Shown here in pieces: positions 1 through 10,264 of a stretch of 41,038 nt of DNA. Origin of the DNA: an uncultured Gammaproteobacteria bacterium (lineage in GTDB: Bacteria; Pseudomonadota; Gammaproteobacteria; CAWJPQ01). The stretch covers positions 1-41,038 of the forward strand of contig CAYXAX010000004.1 in assembly GCA_964463055.1 (NCBI GenBank). The letters are read 5' to 3'. A program made the translations under genes and the position numbers. Below the pieces are notes generated by a model. It had not been told where the DNA came from. It saw only the letters and a program-made list of their open reading frames with translations, and ran no database searches. The stretch's first letter is position 1. Each line of letters opens with the position of its first letter.

Positions 1-210
1 GAAGCTGTTGGGTATGGTGCCTGCGCAAGCGGTGCGCTGGTGTCCATGAGTCTGGATACCAGCGGTATGGCGCCTACACAGAACCCGCCGCCGATCGCAT
101 CATCGGTACCTGAGCCGGTGATGCTCAGCCTGATAGGCTTGGGGATCGCCGGCATCGGCGTGTTCAGACGAAATAAATCAATAAATGGGGACGGAGGGAT
201 TAAAACTTGA
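1..210 (+). CDS. PEP-CTERM sorting-domain protein, 3' end (partial)
   Basis: Frame 1 is open from base 1 and reads ...NPPPIASSVPEPVMLSLIGLGIAGIGVFRRNKSINGDGGIKT*: VPEP, a hydrophobic helix, then basic RR. Not in the ORF track because it is 5'-truncated. Confidence 0.85.
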   Translation, partial: EAVGYGACASGALVSMSLDTSGMAPTQNPPPIASSVPEPVMLSLIGLGIAGIGVFRRNKSINGDGGIKT

Positions 211-277
211 TCAACCCAAACGTATCATAAATCTGGGACACGAAAGAACAGAATAGAAGAATAAAAGCGGATGCTAC

Positions 278-637
278 TCAGTCGCTCCCCTGAATGGGCT
301 GACGCCGCTTGGCCATCAACACCCATCCCGAATCCAAGCCGATCAAGATGCCGACGATAACCTGATTCCATATGGCTGACGTCTGTGTCACGGGGCTGTA
401 TCCCAGTATCCAGGGCGAAAGCGCCAGCCACGCGGCAACCACCAGCTTCGGGAAGTCCGGCATCATAATGGGATTGGCAAGGGAGACCGCTGACATCATG
501 ACCACTCCGAGCCCCACCACGAGGGCGTTCCACGCCGTGACCCCGCCGAGATCGTTGTAATGCAAGGCATAGGGGGAAAAAAACAGCCAGATTGCCGCCA
601 GCAGCGAGACGCCGTCCTGCCAATATCGTTTCTCCAT
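278..637 (-). CDS. SPW-repeat membrane protein
   Basis: 119 aa with four hydrophobic segments, repeated WLFFSPY / WLALSPW and WN motifs; GGAGG RBS upstream. Confidence 0.8.
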   Translation of the reverse strand: MEKRYWQDGVSLLAAIWLFFSPYALHYNDLGGVTAWNALVVGLGVVMMSAVSLANPIMMPDFPKLVVAAWLALSPWILGYSPVTQTSAIWNQVIVGILIGLDSGWVLMAKRRQPIQGSD

Positions 638-953
638 GGTATCCCTCCTGTTTCCCTCTCCCGGCCACCCCCGGGGCGCGGTCGGATGGGCACTTTATTT
701 TTGAGACAAAGCGTATACGCAACGGTTCACAAATAAGTGGCAGAAATCTATAGGGTCAGATTCGCATTGGAAATGCAGGGACACCATACCTAAAAAACCC
801 AGGATACCCACAAACTGTTTGGCGCCTCTTGGACTTGTGGGGAAAGGGCGTTTATTCTTCTCATACTTTCATACTCTCGGTGCGGTCCCTAAGCATCCAC
901 ACGACATAGCCGCGGGACCGTTGGAAGCCATCTACTACGAGGGTGTTCCGACC

Positions 954-2597
954 ATGCGTGATGTCCCGAGTACGTCCCTAGCCAGTGTATCCTGGTTCGA
1001 TTGGAGCCACTTCATGCCCCATGGCCAATGCTATCTGTGGCAGCCCGGGGTACTGTGGTCCAACGTGCTGGGCGACGGGTTAATCGCCGTCGCCTATTTT
1101 CTGATTCCGCTGTCGCTGTTTCTGCTGTACCGGCGCCGCGAGGTGAGGTTCCGCTTCATCGTCCTGCTGTTTGTGCTGTTCATCGGCTTCTGCGGTCTGA
1201 CTCACCTGATCGGCGCCATCACCACATGGATCCCCATGTATCAGATATCCGGCGCGGTCAAGGATGTAACGGCGCTGATCTCACTGGGCACGGCGTACAC
1301 CCTGTGGCGCATCATGCCCCAAGCCCTGACGCTGCCGACGCCTATGCAGCTTGAGCGCGCGAATGCGCTGCTGTCCAGCGAGGTCCAGCGGCGCATGGAC
1401 GCCGAAGAGGCACTGCGCAACGCCAATTTCGACCTGGAGCGGCGCATCCGCGAGCGCACCTCGGAGCTGGAGGCCTCGAACGCGGCCCTGCGCCGCGAGA
1501 TCCAGATGCGCAAGGACATCGAGATCAAGCTGCGGGAGGTGATCTCGGCCGCCCCAACGGCGATCCTCATGGCGGACCAGGACCGGCGCATCGTGTTGTG
1601 CAACCCCCCGGCGGAGCAGCTCTGCGGCTACAGCCGCGAGGCACTGTATACCATGCACGCCGACGACTTGGTGGTGCAGCATCACGAGGCGGTCCGCGAT
1701 GAGTCGGTGGCGCTGTTTTCCGAGCACCCACAGATGCGGCACTTCGACGACAGCCGCGGGATACGGGTGCGGCACAGCTCCGGTAAGGAGATCCCCGTGG
1801 AGATGGCCCTCAACCAGGTGAAGCTGGAGGGTCAGACCTTCGTGCTGGCCTCCATTGTCGATATCTCGCGCCGTCACGAGCAGCAGCTGCTGCTGCACAA
1901 GTATATGGAAGACCTGACCCGCTCAAACAAGGCCCTGGACGAGTTCGTCTACGTGGTCTCCCACGACCTCAAGGACCCGTTGCGGGGTATGAACAACTAC
2001 ATCACCTTCCTGATGGAGGACTACGGGCCCAAGCTGGACGCCGGCGCGCGGCGCTACCTGGAGGCCACCCAGAATCTGGCTCACCGCCTGTATACCTTAA
2101 TCGACCGCCTGCTGACCTATTCGCGGCTGGGCCATGCCGAGTTGGAGATCCAGCAGATCGACATGGACCGTCTGGTCGCCGAAGTTTTGCAGTCGCTGCA
2201 CCCTCTGCTGGAGAGTGAAGCGGCGGAGGTGGAGGTGGCGGCCGAGCCCATGGGCGCAGCGCAGTGCGATAGGACCTGGGTCGGGCAGCTGCTGCAGAAT
2301 CTGGTGGTCAACGCCGTGAAGTACAACGACAAGACAGAGAAGCAGGTGTTCATCGGGCACTATCGCGACGACGGCCGCCATGTCTTCTTTGTGCGCGACA
2401 ACGGCATCGGCATCCCCTTCCGGCACCGCGATCGCATATTCCAGATCTTCAAGCGTCTGCACGCGGTGGATGTCTACGGCGGCGGGGCCGGAGCCGGGCT
2501 GACCATCGCGCAGAAGGTTGTCGAGCGCCACGGCGGGCGGATCTGGCTGGAATCGACGCCGGGTGAAGGATCGACATTCTACTTCACTCTGCAGTAA
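954..2597 (+). CDS. Sensor histidine kinase: ETR1-like membrane sensor, coiled coil, PAS, HisKA and HATPase
   Basis: FMPHGQCYLW...GDGLIAVAYFLIP...FIGFCGLTHL sensor; PAS; H-box SHDLKDPLR; N-box NLVVNAVKY; G1 DNGIGI; G2 GAGAGL. Start placed at ATG 954 behind GAGGG (the ORF track starts at TTG 819). Confidence 0.9.
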   Translation: MRDVPSTSLASVSWFDWSHFMPHGQCYLWQPGVLWSNVLGDGLIAVAYFLIPLSLFLLYRRREVRFRFIVLLFVLFIGFCGLTHLIGAITTWIPMYQISGAVKDVTALISLGTAYTLWRIMPQALTLPTPMQLERANALLSSEVQRRMDAEEALRNANFDLERRIRERTSELEASNAALRREIQMRKDIEIKLREVISAAPTAILMADQDRRIVLCNPPAEQLCGYSREALYTMHADDLVVQHHEAVRDESVALFSEHPQMRHFDDSRGIRVRHSSGKEIPVEMALNQVKLEGQTFVLASIVDISRRHEQQLLLHKYMEDLTRSNKALDEFVYVVSHDLKDPLRGMNNYITFLMEDYGPKLDAGARRYLEATQNLAHRLYTLIDRLLTYSRLGHAELEIQQIDMDRLVAEVLQSLHPLLESEAAEVEVAAEPMGAAQCDRTWVGQLLQNLVVNAVKYNDKTEKQVFIGHYRDDGRHVFFVRDNGIGIPFRHRDRIFQIFKRLHAVDVYGGGAGAGLTIAQKVVERHGGRIWLESTPGEGSTFYFTLQ

Positions 2598-2679
2598 TGC
2601 GCTTATCAACCATGTTAAGCCGTCACTGCGAGCCCCCCGGAGCGCCGCCAGCCCCATGAGCATTACGCCAGAGACACGG

Positions 2680-3108
2680 ATGTCGTGCAATGTCCTCGTC
2701 ATCGAAGACAGCGACGCCGACTACGAGGGCATCATGCGTGCTACACGGGAGGAGGGCATCAGCGCTCGTTTCCTGCGCTGTCGTGACGGTGACGCGGCCG
2801 TGGAGTTTCTCTTTGGTCCGGTCAATGAAGGCGAGCAGCGTCACGATCTCATGCCGAGTATCATAGTCATCGACCTGAACCTGCCCGGCACCAGCGGCGA
2901 CGAGGTGTTGCAGGCCATCAAGGCCGATAACGACCTGCAGGCCATCCCCGTAATCGTGTTCACTTCGTCGTCCAACATTGACGACGTGCGCCGCGCCTAC
3001 CGCCATGGGGCCAATTGCTACATCGTCAAACCCGAGACTATGCCTTGCTTCAAGGACATAGTCACCCGCATGCTGCGCTTCTGGCTGGACACCTCCAGTC
3101 TGTCCTAA
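2680..3108 (+). CDS. Single-domain response regulator (Rcp1/CheY-like)
   Basis: VLVIEDSDAD, IDLNLPG (phospho-Asp), VFTSS, GANCYIVKP; directly follows the kinase. Start could be 2656. Confidence 0.88.
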   Translation: MSCNVLVIEDSDADYEGIMRATREEGISARFLRCRDGDAAVEFLFGPVNEGEQRHDLMPSIIVIDLNLPGTSGDEVLQAIKADNDLQAIPVIVFTSSSNIDDVRRAYRHGANCYIVKPETMPCFKDIVTRMLRFWLDTSSLS

Positions 3109-3474
3109 CAAACCCGGGGGTCATCCATTGGCCGTCCGCAAGTAAGCAAAACTCGGGTCAGAGTGACTCCATTGATATCCAAGCGATGCTCATGATGGGA
3201 ACCCCAATTCCCGCAGAGCCAGCGCGTGGCCGATGAAATCGAGGACACCCATTAATTGGTCATCGATGAAGAATGCCGCACTATGCATGCTTCGGTATAA
3301 TAGAAAGCCGGAGCAGATTTATATAATCCTTCGGCATCAAGGTTTGGCAGTTTAATTTTCGGGACATATCGACAGATAACGGGTATCCGGATGACCGGAA
3401 AAGTGCTGTGATTTTATTCACTTTGAAAAAAGTATATATACTACTGATGCAAATACTAATAAACAGGCAGTAGA

Positions 3475-4782
3475 ATGCATATAACTCAGGAAGACATCGC
3501 TGCGCTTGCCCGCCTGTGTGATTCCGGGCAGATGGACGCTGCGCAGCAGTTCGGCCAGGAACTACTTGCCGCCTACCCTGGCGCGGCGGTAGTTCCCAAT
3601 ATTTTGGGTTGCGCGCACGCGAATCAGGGGCGGCTTAACCTTGCCGTCGAGAATTTTCAGCGGGCCATCGCCATCGACTCGCGCTTTGCACAGGCTTATT
3701 GCAATCTTGGCAGAGCGCTGGCCCAGATGCGCAGAATTGATCAGGCCGTTGACGTTTTGTTTCACGGCGCGACGCTCGCCCCGGGCAGCTTCCAGGCGCA
3801 ATTCGCTCTTGGTACCGCATTGGTAATGCAAGGACGCGTCCAGGAAGGTGTGACCCGGCTGCGCCAGGCGATCAGCATCAATCCCGATTCTGCTCAGGCC
3901 CACAACAATCTCGGCGATGCCCTGGCGCGGCTTGGGTGTCTGGATGAGGCGTTGACCAGCTTTCAGCGGTCGCTGCACCTGCACCCGGATGCAAGCACGT
4001 ATTATAACGCCCACGGGTTGCTCCTCGATGCCGAGGATCCCCTGCCCGCCATCCAATTTCTCGAGGCCGCGGTGAAGCTGCAGCCTGCCAATATGAACTA
4101 TAAATTTTTCTTGGGGATGGTGTTGGAATACTCCGGTCGATCCGCCGCCGATTATTTTTGCGAAGTCGAACAAGCTGGATCGGAACTGGAAAAGGCCCGT
4201 TTGGATGCCTGGAACTACTTGAAGTCGGCCGGCAAGCAGATGCCGAAGATGGTGGGGGCGCCGATCGAGGCCTACCGCCTCGGCATTGAGGCTGCCATGC
4301 CCGCGGGGCTCGTCCTGGAGTTCGGTGTGAGATTCGGAGTGTCTATTCGCCAGCTTGCGGCGCTCGCCGGGCAACATGTGCATGGCTTTGACAGCTTTGA
4401 AGGCCTTCCGGAAGCCTGGCATGAGCAGCCGATGGGAAGGTACACGACGGGGGCGGTTCTCCCGGACGTCCCTGACAATGTCTCGCTTTACAAAGGCTGG
4501 TTCAATGACACCCTTCCTGAGTTTTTAAGGACCCACAGTGATCCAGTGCGTTTTATGAATGTCGACTGCGATCTGTACAGTTCCACGAAGACCGTACTGG
4601 ATTGCCTGTCCGCCCAGATTTGCCCTGGCACGGTCATCGTGTTCGACGAATATATCGGCAACGGCCGATGGCGTGAAGATGAATTTAAAGCATTCCAGGA
4701 GGCGGTTGCTGACTACGGGTGGAATTACGAATATCTCGCCTTCAGCATGTTCACCAAGCAAGTCGTGGTCCGAATTTTGTGA
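3475..4782 (+). CDS. TPR-repeat protein fused to a TylF/MycF-like class I SAM methyltransferase
   Basis: N-terminal TPRs (AQAYCNLG, AQAHNNLG); C-terminal LEFGV, GFDSFEGLPE, KGWF, VDCDLYSST and VFDEY motifs. Confidence 0.85.
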   Translation: MHITQEDIAALARLCDSGQMDAAQQFGQELLAAYPGAAVVPNILGCAHANQGRLNLAVENFQRAIAIDSRFAQAYCNLGRALAQMRRIDQAVDVLFHGATLAPGSFQAQFALGTALVMQGRVQEGVTRLRQAISINPDSAQAHNNLGDALARLGCLDEALTSFQRSLHLHPDASTYYNAHGLLLDAEDPLPAIQFLEAAVKLQPANMNYKFFLGMVLEYSGRSAADYFCEVEQAGSELEKARLDAWNYLKSAGKQMPKMVGAPIEAYRLGIEAAMPAGLVLEFGVRFGVSIRQLAALAGQHVHGFDSFEGLPEAWHEQPMGRYTTGAVLPDVPDNVSLYKGWFNDTLPEFLRTHSDPVRFMNVDCDLYSSTKTVLDCLSAQICPGTVIVFDEYIGNGRWREDEFKAFQEAVADYGWNYEYLAFSMFTKQVVVRIL

Positions 4783-4910
4783 TGATCTCCGACTTGGTCC
4801 GCATTTTCGGATGCAAGCTCCTAATCGCGCGAGAAAACCGCGACGGATTTATCCGATTGCCAGGCTCAAGGTCTGGCAGGAATATTATCGTAAATTAAAG
4901 GAGGGCGATC

Positions 4911-5294
4911 ATGCGCATATTGCACACCATGATTCGCGTCGGCGATCTGGATCGATCCCTGCAGTTTTACACCGATGTCCTGGGCATGCGGCTGCTGCGG
5001 CGTAAGGATTATCCTGACGGCAAGTTCACGCTGGCATTTGTCGGTTATGGCGAGGAGTCGGATGAAGCGGTGATTGAGCTCACCTATAACTGGGGCGAGA
5101 GCCGCTATGAATTGGGTAACGCCTTCGGTCATATCGCCATCGGCGTCGAAGATATCAGAAAGACGTGCATGGAAATAAAGCAGCGGGGCGGCAAGGTGAC
5201 CCGCGAGCCGGGCCCCATGAAGCACGGCAGCACAGTCATCGCATTTGTGGAAGACCCCGACGGATACAAATTAGAATTGATCGAGGGGCGATAA
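4911..5294 (+). CDS. gloA: Lactoylglutathione lyase (glyoxalase I)
   Basis: [46 protein letters not shown]; GGAGG RBS. Confidence 0.97.
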   Translation: MRILHTMIRVGDLDRSLQFYTDVLGMRLLRRKDYPDGKFTLAFVGYGEESDEAVIELTYNWGESRYELGNAFGHIAIGVEDIRKTCMEIKQRGGKVTREPGPMKHGSTVIAFVEDPDGYKLELIEGR

Positions 5295-5409
5295 ACAATA
5301 TTTCGAACCATGCTGTCACCGTGCTTGATGATCGATCAATTTCGTTGGGAGCGATCATTTCAATGATCGCTGACACCTCGAAAATATCAGCAAGAATAAG
5401 AATTTTTCC

Positions 5410-6345
5410 ATGAAAACGGCAGCATTGGCTTGCGCGCTATCGGCCCTGGTGCTTGGGCTTGCGGTCGCCGGATGCGGTAACGGAAGCAGCGGCAGTACTG
5501 CGAGTGCAACCAATTCGACCACAGCCGTTGGCGGCCTGTCGCTCGGTGACGGCAAGAATTCGACGACGCCAAAAGTTGGCTATCTGATGTCCTGTGAGAC
5601 ACAGTTTCCTAAAACCACGACCCATAGTGGCCCGTGGATCCAGGGGAGTGTGTGGTACCCATCGGAAAAGATCGCGGTGGAGGGCAGTGTTACCTGGTCC
5701 TCGGCGCAAACGTCTATTTCATTGTCCGGCGACACTTGGACTATCACCTCAAACAACCTGCCGGATCCCCCGCAGACAACGGGTATTTTCCCCATTCAGA
5801 CTACTGACCCGGCTTATCAATATGATACCAACCCCAACGCTATCAGTGCGCAGACCATCCAGCTGACGCTGCCGGCAAATCCAAGCATTGCCTCAACGCC
5901 TTCATGCGTGCCCTTGGGCATGATCGGCTTTACCACCGATGGAGTGGCCATCTTTGACGCCATGGACGACAGCGGGCATGATGCGGTCGCCCATGAGGTC
6001 CAGGACAGTTGCAGCGGTCATCCGGACAAGAACGGCCAGTATCACTATCACGGACCCTCCCCCTGCATGGCCAATGAGACGACCTCGGGTCTGGTGGGCT
6101 ACGCCCTGGATGGCTTCGGCATCTACGGCGAGGAGGATGCGACTACCGCCAAGACTCTTCATGACAGCGACTTGGATGCCTGCCACGGCACCACCAGTCA
6201 GATAGACTGGCATGGACAGACAGTGACGATGTATCACTACGTCCTGACGGATGAGTTTCCGTACACGATCGGCTGTTTCAAGGGCACGCCGGTCGCGGCC
6301 GATCTGACCAATGCCCAGAAAGCGCAGATACAGAATTTCCCATGA
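5410..6345 (+). CDS. YHYH-domain lipoprotein
   Basis: Lipobox VAGC, Ser/Thr linker, D-x-C-x-GHP, GQYHYH, GYALDGFGIYG, LDACHG and YHYVLT..FPYTIGC motifs. Confidence 0.85.
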   Translation: MKTAALACALSALVLGLAVAGCGNGSSGSTASATNSTTAVGGLSLGDGKNSTTPKVGYLMSCETQFPKTTTHSGPWIQGSVWYPSEKIAVEGSVTWSSAQTSISLSGDTWTITSNNLPDPPQTTGIFPIQTTDPAYQYDTNPNAISAQTIQLTLPANPSIASTPSCVPLGMIGFTTDGVAIFDAMDDSGHDAVAHEVQDSCSGHPDKNGQYHYHGPSPCMANETTSGLVGYALDGFGIYGEEDATTAKTLHDSDLDACHGTTSQIDWHGQTVTMYHYVLTDEFPYTIGCFKGTPVAADLTNAQKAQIQNFP

Positions 6346-6480
6346 GAGGAAAAACTCAGGGCGGCCATGTGTTGGCGATAATGTCCGCGCACTTTCCGGC
6401 GTCTTGTGTGCACTGAAAAATCAATAAAAATATCCGCCGCGCTGGCGCCGATGCGGCACGCACCAACGCGGCGGTCCAGA

Positions 6481-7320
6481 CTATTCGAACTGAAGCCGGT
6501 AATCGGGGATTTTCGGGTTGTTGGGGAAATCCAGGTTTTCCCTTGGGTATTGGTGCCTCGACGGCAAAAGCGGCTGTTCGAGCAGCGATTTATTGATAAA
6601 GGTAATCTCCACCGTAGCCGGAAAATTGTCGTGGTAGCCACCATAGTTGTTGGCATGGATATGGACAATATAAAACTGCTGAGTTAATGCCTGAACAGCC
6701 GTGTTTAAATCGTCGGGATTTTTATCGAGATGGTGAAATTCCGCAGCTATACACCTGATTCGGTGCTGATGGCGCACGATATCTGATATCACTTCGTATT
6801 CGCTGCCCTCAATATCCATTTTTAAGAAAACGTTGCATCCGGAATCGGATGATCCGGCTAGATCAAAAATTTTATGAAGATTGATATCCAGCGGCCCAGT
6901 CCCGCTGGAAACTCTTTTTTTGATGTGCCGGTGCGGATCGCGGAAAAAAATAAAGTAGTCGATATGGTTGTGTAGTTTTCGAGTGTATTTGGCTCGTTTT
7001 GTCTGGTTGCCCGTCAGCGCATAAAGGGGAATCTTCCATAGCGAGCGCAAGATTCGGCGGATAAACGGCAACGGCCCTACCGTATGATCGACGCCAATGA
7101 TTTTGAGCGCCGGATTAAGCGCAAGGCACGCTTTATCAAACGACCAGTCGTCCGAAAGGCCCAGTGAAATCAATGTCTCGCAATGGATGATTTGATCACC
7201 GGGAACGACATATCCGCCATCGCGATTGGGGCCAAGCCTGACAAGGTGTAAATACTCAAACGGCTTGAGCAATGCCTTATTCAATCCACAGGCACTGTCT
7301 GACACCGATCCTTCCATCAT
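6481..7320 (-). CDS. FkbM-like (Methyltransf_22-type) SAM methyltransferase
   Basis: RLGPNRDGGY, SLGLSDDWSFD, FLKMDIEGSEY, EFH and HIHANN motifs; noticeably AT-richer than neighbours. Confidence 0.75.
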   Translation of the reverse strand: MMEGSVSDSACGLNKALLKPFEYLHLVRLGPNRDGGYVVPGDQIIHCETLISLGLSDDWSFDKACLALNPALKIIGVDHTVGPLPFIRRILRSLWKIPLYALTGNQTKRAKYTRKLHNHIDYFIFFRDPHRHIKKRVSSGTGPLDINLHKIFDLAGSSDSGCNVFLKMDIEGSEYEVISDIVRHQHRIRCIAAEFHHLDKNPDDLNTAVQALTQQFYIVHIHANNYGGYHDNFPATVEITFINKSLLEQPLLPSRHQYPRENLDFPNNPKIPDYRLQFE

Positions 7321-7583
7321 GGCATTTCTTTTCCGTCGCTGAATTAGTCAACGAATGGCAGCTATCATATTGATGATAATATTGTTAATTTTGCGCGCGC
7401 CTGCGGGGATATGCAATCACACAAGTCATATGCCCGTCACCGTTGTCCGCTTCGATCCTGGACCATGTCATATCCACGACATCACAAAAATATATTTGCC
7501 CTGCTGCCCGTTGGCCGTCCACCTTTACCTCTTATCCCTATTTGCTATAGGCATGACAGACCTGAGCCAAAGCATCAGGCATG

Positions 7584-7988
7584 TCATTCACTGCCCCCTC
7601 CCTTGATGTCATAGACTTGGATATTCAAGTTCGCTGGGACCTCCAGAGTCACGGGTCCGTTGGAATTCACTTTGTAGGGTTTCACCACCGGCTTTCCCAA
7701 TGGGTTTCTATTGGAGTCCAGCATTTGTATCGTGATGAGGTAGTCGCCGTCTGGAAGCGGCAGATGATGTCTCCAGGGACCTAGAGAGGTCAAATAGATA
7801 CTTTTGACCAATGTGCCGCCCTTGGTTTTGGCGGTAATCATGTACCCCCCGGGCTTGGTCCCCGCCGGGAAGACTTGAGCTCTCGTGGTGATTCCCAGGT
7901 CCAGGGTCGTGATGGTCTGGGATTGGGCGGCCAGGCAGTTGGTGAAGAAGCCCAGCCCCGCCAGCAGAATGCAAATTGTGACTTTCAC
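7584..7988 (-). CDS. Hypothetical exported protein
   Basis: 134 aa, GTG start, signal-peptide-like N-terminus, beta-rich mature part. Confidence 0.55.
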   Translation of the reverse strand: MKVTICILLAGLGFFTNCLAAQSQTITTLDLGITTRAQVFPAGTKPGGYMITAKTKGGTLVKSIYLTSLGPWRHHLPLPDGDYLITIQMLDSNRNPLGKPVVKPYKVNSNGPVTLEVPANLNIQVYDIKGGGSE

Positions 7989-8097
7989 TGATTCCTATCT
8001 CCTTGGCTACCTGAATAATGACGATATGCCAAAAAGCGCTTAGATGCCAGCGGACGGACCCAAGGCGGACAACTATCCGGGTATTTGGATCTTCACT

Positions 8098-8176
8098 AAG
8101 CGCGGAAACACAGTCGCATTTTTGGAAGACTCAGACGGAAACAAGTTAGCGTTGATCGAGGGGCGATAAACAATAT
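8098..8176 (+). repeat. Degenerate duplicate of the gloA 3' end
   Basis: Translates KRGNTVAFLEDSDGNKLALIEGR* versus Glo[25 protein letters not shown]; TTGATCGAGGGGCGATAAACAATAT is identical at 5277-5301 and 8152-8176. Confidence 0.9.
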
Positions 8177-8433
8177 GTTGAAAGAATAATCGCCGGCAAG
8201 CATCAGTGGAACAATCAGGCATCAGATCACGCCGCTCCCTGGTATTGGCAAGAATTATGACGCGATCCCGGGATAGTTTGGACAATTCGTGAACGAAGGC
8301 GTGAACTCGCGGACATACATCAGACGATGTAACTGCAGGGGTTGTGTTCTTCCGGCGCCGTGCACGGCGCTGACCTCTCGCCGTGGCGCTGCACACCTCT
8401 GTCTCGGCGCAGACTTTTATTGTGCGGTGACCT

Positions 8434-10020
8434 TCAAGCAAACAGCGCCTTTTTGAGCGGGTCCAGGTATTGCTCATAGTGCTTCCAGCGTTGCACGGAT
8501 TTCCGGTAAATGGGCTCACGCACCTGGTCGTAACTCGGGGTATTAATCATCCGTGTGGAATCATAAAATTTCAGGCATTGCTCATCCCATGGCAGGCCGC
8601 AAAATTCGAGCAGTTGACGCGTGACCCTCTCCTGATCCGCGACCAAGGCCTCGTAGCTTACATCCAGCACCGGGATATCTAGCGTAGCTTTCCAGTGCTG
8701 CATCAGCCGTTGGTACTGCCTGTAGTAAGCGCCGAGGGTGGCCAGATCTGTGGTATATCCCATTCCGGTATTAGGGGAGCCGAAATTCTGAAAGTAGCAC
8801 GACAAACATGTGTCGAGAGGATCGCGCACGCAATGGATGATTTTCGCATCTGGAAACAAGAGGGCCAGCAGCCCAAGATAGTTAAAGTTGTGGGGCATCT
8901 TGTCGGCGGTGAAATCGGCGCCGCCGGACAATGCGCTTACATGCTGTTTGTAGCGCTGCGCGAGTATATCGCAGTTTTCCTGGCTAAGAGAAATGACGCA
9001 TTGGGGGTAACGTTCGCTGGTCCCAAGCAATTCCGGCAGGGAGTGGGTCATGTTCACTATATCGAGCAATTCCCCGCAGCCATACACCTGAGGGTGGCTG
9101 GCCAATATCTGCTCTGTCAGAGTAGTGCCGGAACGCGGCATGCCAATGATGAAAATTAGACGGTCGGAGCGATCCTTTGCACGTGGCGCCTGGCGCACGA
9201 ACTCTTTGTTGAACGTCCGCATGGTGTCTTCCACGAAATTGACATACGCATCAGGATTAAAAGCATGCCTGATCAGAGCATTGCCTTCCCTAAAATGGTG
9301 AAAGGCGCGGTCAAAATCACCTGTGGCATCCAGAAGCTTTCCCAACGCGAAGCGCAGATAAATTTCCGAGTTGTAATTGCCGAATGATTCACCTTTCGTC
9401 AGCAGGCGCTCCATGATGTCGATGGCTTGCTGGCGACGATTAAAACGGGAGCTGAGTGAGGCAAACACGAGGACCAGCTCCGGGGCCTCCCCTCCGGCCT
9501 CTATGAGCGGCTGGACCCGTGCGTACGCCTTCTCAAAGTCACCCTGCCTTTCATAAATGCGCGCTTCAGCTGCCACGAGTCTGAGGTTATCGGGCTCAAT
9601 ACGTTGAGCTTCGTGATACGTGTTCAGTACTTCTTCGAATTTTTCTTGCTTTTCATATATCCCGGCGATGTTGAAATAGGCCTCGATATTGTGGGTTATC
9701 TGCAGCAGTTGCCTGTAAACCGCAATGGCATCATCGTATTTTCCATCGAGTGATCCCTGGAATTCGAGCGACCTGGCCAGGTTGTAGTAAGCAATGGCAA
9801 GGCCAGGCCTGAGCTTGACGACTTGACGGAAGCAAGCCTCGGCTTGGGCCATGGCGCAAATCTCGAGATTGATCGTGCCCAGCCTGAACCACGCCTCCGC
9901 ATCCGAGGGGTCGCTCCGGCAAATTTCCTCATACAGGGCTCTCGCCTCCGGCACGCGCTTTTGCTCGACGAACGCGAGAGCCTGCGCTTTCTTTGAGTCA
10001 GTTAAGGTTTTATTTTTCAT
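8434..10020 (-). CDS. TPR-repeat sulfotransferase (paralog 1)
   Basis: N-terminal TPRs; 5'-PSB loop IGMPRSGTTL, DKMPHN, 3'-PB RDPLDTCLSCY, TPSYDQVREPIY. Confidence 0.9.
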   Translation of the reverse strand: MKNKTLTDSKKAQALAFVEQKRVPEARALYEEICRSDPSDAEAWFRLGTINLEICAMAQAEACFRQVVKLRPGLAIAYYNLARSLEFQGSLDGKYDDAIAVYRQLLQITHNIEAYFNIAGIYEKQEKFEEVLNTYHEAQRIEPDNLRLVAAEARIYERQGDFEKAYARVQPLIEAGGEAPELVLVFASLSSRFNRRQQAIDIMERLLTKGESFGNYNSEIYLRFALGKLLDATGDFDRAFHHFREGNALIRHAFNPDAYVNFVEDTMRTFNKEFVRQAPRAKDRSDRLIFIIGMPRSGTTLTEQILASHPQVYGCGELLDIVNMTHSLPELLGTSERYPQCVISLSQENCDILAQRYKQHVSALSGGADFTADKMPHNFNYLGLLALLFPDAKIIHCVRDPLDTCLSCYFQNFGSPNTGMGYTTDLATLGAYYRQYQRLMQHWKATLDIPVLDVSYEALVADQERVTRQLLEFCGLPWDEQCLKFYDSTRMINTPSYDQVREPIYRKSVQRWKHYEQYLDPLKKALFA

Positions 10021-10238
10021 AATGTTATAGCTTGCCTGATCATATCAGGGTGACGAAAACGAACAGAACGAAACGTTGATGCCATCCCTGCGGATCATGG
10101 TACGATACCCTGGAACCTATATCAAAATACCACGCGGCGCCTCTGCCCAGGGATCGCCCGTGGGGTCCGCTATGCGCAGAAAGCTCGTGCCCAGCCGGCG
10201 CTGGCTTTGGATTCACAACGCGGATCACGGGGTATTTT

Positions 10239-10264
10239 TGAGACAGGTTCAGTGTGCTGTCCCA
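10239..10264. repeat. Short inverted repeat of the GGGACAG-type motif
   Basis: TGAGACAG-10 nt-CTGTCCCA (7/8 complementary) in the spacer between divergent genes. Confidence 0.4.

Noticed and set aside
8073-8519. 148 aa minus-strand ORF continuing from sulfotransferase 1
   Set aside because: Arg-rich, non-protein-like, and crosses the antisense of the gloA duplicate.
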